This document shows, piece by piece, positions 62,395 through 64,000 of a stretch of 64,000 bases of DNA. The stretch is from contig NC_043003.1 of the NCBI RefSeq assembly GCF_006345805.1, positions 1,860,001 through 1,924,000 on the forward strand, in the 5' to 3' direction. This DNA is from Octopus sinensis (taxonomy: Eukaryota). The notes beneath the pieces were generated by a model. It worked only from the letters and a program-made list of their open reading frames with translations, did no database searches and was not told the origin of the DNA. The translations under genes were made by a program, and so were the position numbers. Positions within the stretch are counted from its first letter, which is position 1, and every line of letters starts with the position of its first letter.

Positions 62395-63827
62395 TTGGAA
62401 TATTCATAACTAGATAGATAGATATAACTTGATTTCTACTAGTATAGCACTGCTTTAAGTAGATAACTAAGAGTTCTCACATTACAGTTATCTTTATCTT
62501 TTTCCTTATATCTGCATCAGTTTTTTGAGAACAGGGAAATGAATAGTACTTATTCGCTACTTAATTGAGGCTTTATTTAATTTCAAACTCACAATTTTTA
62601 AATTCTAATTTTAAATCTTAATTGTAATATTTAATTTTAATTCCTAACTTAATCTAATTAAATAGCATAACTCTAATAAATTATAATTAGTTACTGTAGC
62701 CCCATAATTCTATTTCATAATTAAATAAATAAGGCTATTCCCTCGGTGATAATATGATTATCTTCATTATGATAGACAATCCCCTAACACCTTGTAAATG
62801 ATCTATAAGATTTGACCTGTAGTCAGTCAATGTATGAATAATAACGACAACTCCTTAAGACAATAAAATGAATAAATTAAATAAGTAAATTTTTATGACT
62901 TTTTGATAAGATTATACTTAGATTTTCCTAATGTATTTTCTGGTGATTTTAGCATCTGACCCCTTAACCCTGACTGTGTTATCTCTTTAGATTCTCTTAA
63001 ACTCATAGCTGATTTCAACAGCAATAAATTAATGGTTTACTGGTCAAAGAATAATATTCTCCTCTAGTTCCTAGATGCCTGTTGATTAAAACCAGACTTA
63101 CAGTCTACTAACTCTTCTGTATAGCTAGAACCCTCTTTTTTTCTTTTTCTTTTTTTCCCTTCTTTCCCTATTTCTTTCTCTTTTCTCTTTTTCTTTTTCT
63201 TCTTCTTATTCTCTGTTTCCTTTTCTCTTCTCTTTTAGTCCCCCTCCCCCCCCCCCCTTTTTTGCTCCCTCCTCCATTATTTCTCTCTTTCTTCTATTCC
63301 TTTCTCTATCTTGGCCGATCTAGTAAGCCCTTCAGCCTTTAAGAGTTAAATAGCTACAGCCTCTTGTGAATAGCAGTAATGTGATTAATATGGCAAACAC
63401 CTAATCATATAACAAGGATTGATACCACCTCATTGTGTTCAACCATTGTAAAATTTATCGCCTGTAAATATGAAATTCATCTCCATTCTCTGGAAATTTA
63501 CATCTACACCATTGGAATCTGTGCATATATACAAAGGATTAATTCACCCTCTCTGTAATGCTAATAAGCAGGAATTGAGACCACCTCGTTGTAATTAACA
63601 ATGGATAAATTTGTCTTCTGTGAGTATATATCCCTCATCATATCTATGGAAATTCATATGGATTAGGTCACCTTCTCTGTGATGCTATCAAAACTTTTTA
63701 AAATTCTGTGATAAGACTGTACATCATCTTTAAAGAACTTTAATGAACTTTAGAAATCTGTTTAATTATCTACATTACTTCATGAGTATAGCCTCAAACA
63801 CTAGGATGTCTAGAGAACTTACATGTA

Positions 63828-63918
63828 TTTTAGCTGATGAGTACGGGACTCGTTTATATGCTGTAATCTTTGCAACTTTTAATAAAACCTGTCCTTGTAT
63901 GAAACGATCGTACTAAAA
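63828..63918 (+). ncRNA. Type I hammerhead ribozyme motif, right-arm copy; predicted cleavage after A63912 (GUA)
   Basis: Stem I TTTTAG/CTAAAA; core CTGATGA 63834-63840; stem II GTACGGGAC/GTCCTTGTAT; GAAA at 63901; palindromic stem III ACGATCGT. Confidence 0.78.
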
Positions 63919-64000
63919 ACCTATCCATTCTTGTTGCTTCTTTCTCGCTTATAATCACCCCACATTACTGTATTGTTAAATCAGTATAGTTTTTTTGGTG

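Larger units (their letters stand above)
59597..63948 (+). mobile_element. 5'-truncated Penelope-like element (probably Hydra clade) with an inverted 5' pseudo-LTR: arms 59597-~61382 and ~62180-63948, unique core ~61383-62179
   Basis: gcgagaaagaagcaaacaagaatgg at 59597 is the reverse complement of ccattcttgttgcttctttctcgc ending 63948. The inverse match runs to ttgagttc (61375-61382) / gaactcaa (62180). The core encodes the PLE RT-thumb end and the GIY-YIG start; the left end abuts (TA)n. Confidence 0.93.

Overview
Eukaryotic, AT-rich and very repeat-dense genomic DNA, most likely from an octopus or other cephalopod. That attribution is inferred from my recollection of octopus SINE/RTE/CR1/Penelope repeat families; single-base homopolymer indels in young repeats suggest imperfectly polished long-read sequence. 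Three host genes are supported: (1) a glucosamine-6-phosphate deaminase with no coding intron (GNPDA, 202-1011 +); (2) TMEM186 with a single coding exon (7808-8533 -) and a strong 5'-UTR splice acceptor; (3) a six-exon COX18 (35143-54478 +, 396 aa), assembled by hand with GT-AG sites and consistent phases. The rest is RTE and CR1 LINE fragments, tRNA-derived SINEs, MITEs (piggyBac-, pogo/Tigger- and foldback-type), microsatellites and several Penelope-like element (PLE) remnants. Highlights: (a) a young 4.35-kb PLE at 59597-63948 built as a giant inverted repeat (~1.78-kb arms around a unique ~0.8-kb RT-thumb/Asn-rich linker/CxCx5C/GIY-YIG core), each arm ending in a type I hammerhead ribozyme motif with a palindromic stem III and a ~41-nt loop II; (b) a perfect 76+1+76-bp palindrome ~1.1 kb downstream of the COX18 stop whose arms each carry a variant hammerhead; (c) further intact or degenerate hammerhead motifs across the window; (d) a ~1.95-kb 26-bp satellite starting 84 bp after a COX18 splice donor, apparently amplified from an RTE 3'-tail motif, with two sense-strand CAG|GTAA splice-site-like motifs per unit. 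No database searches or folding programs were run; all calls come from reading the sequence.
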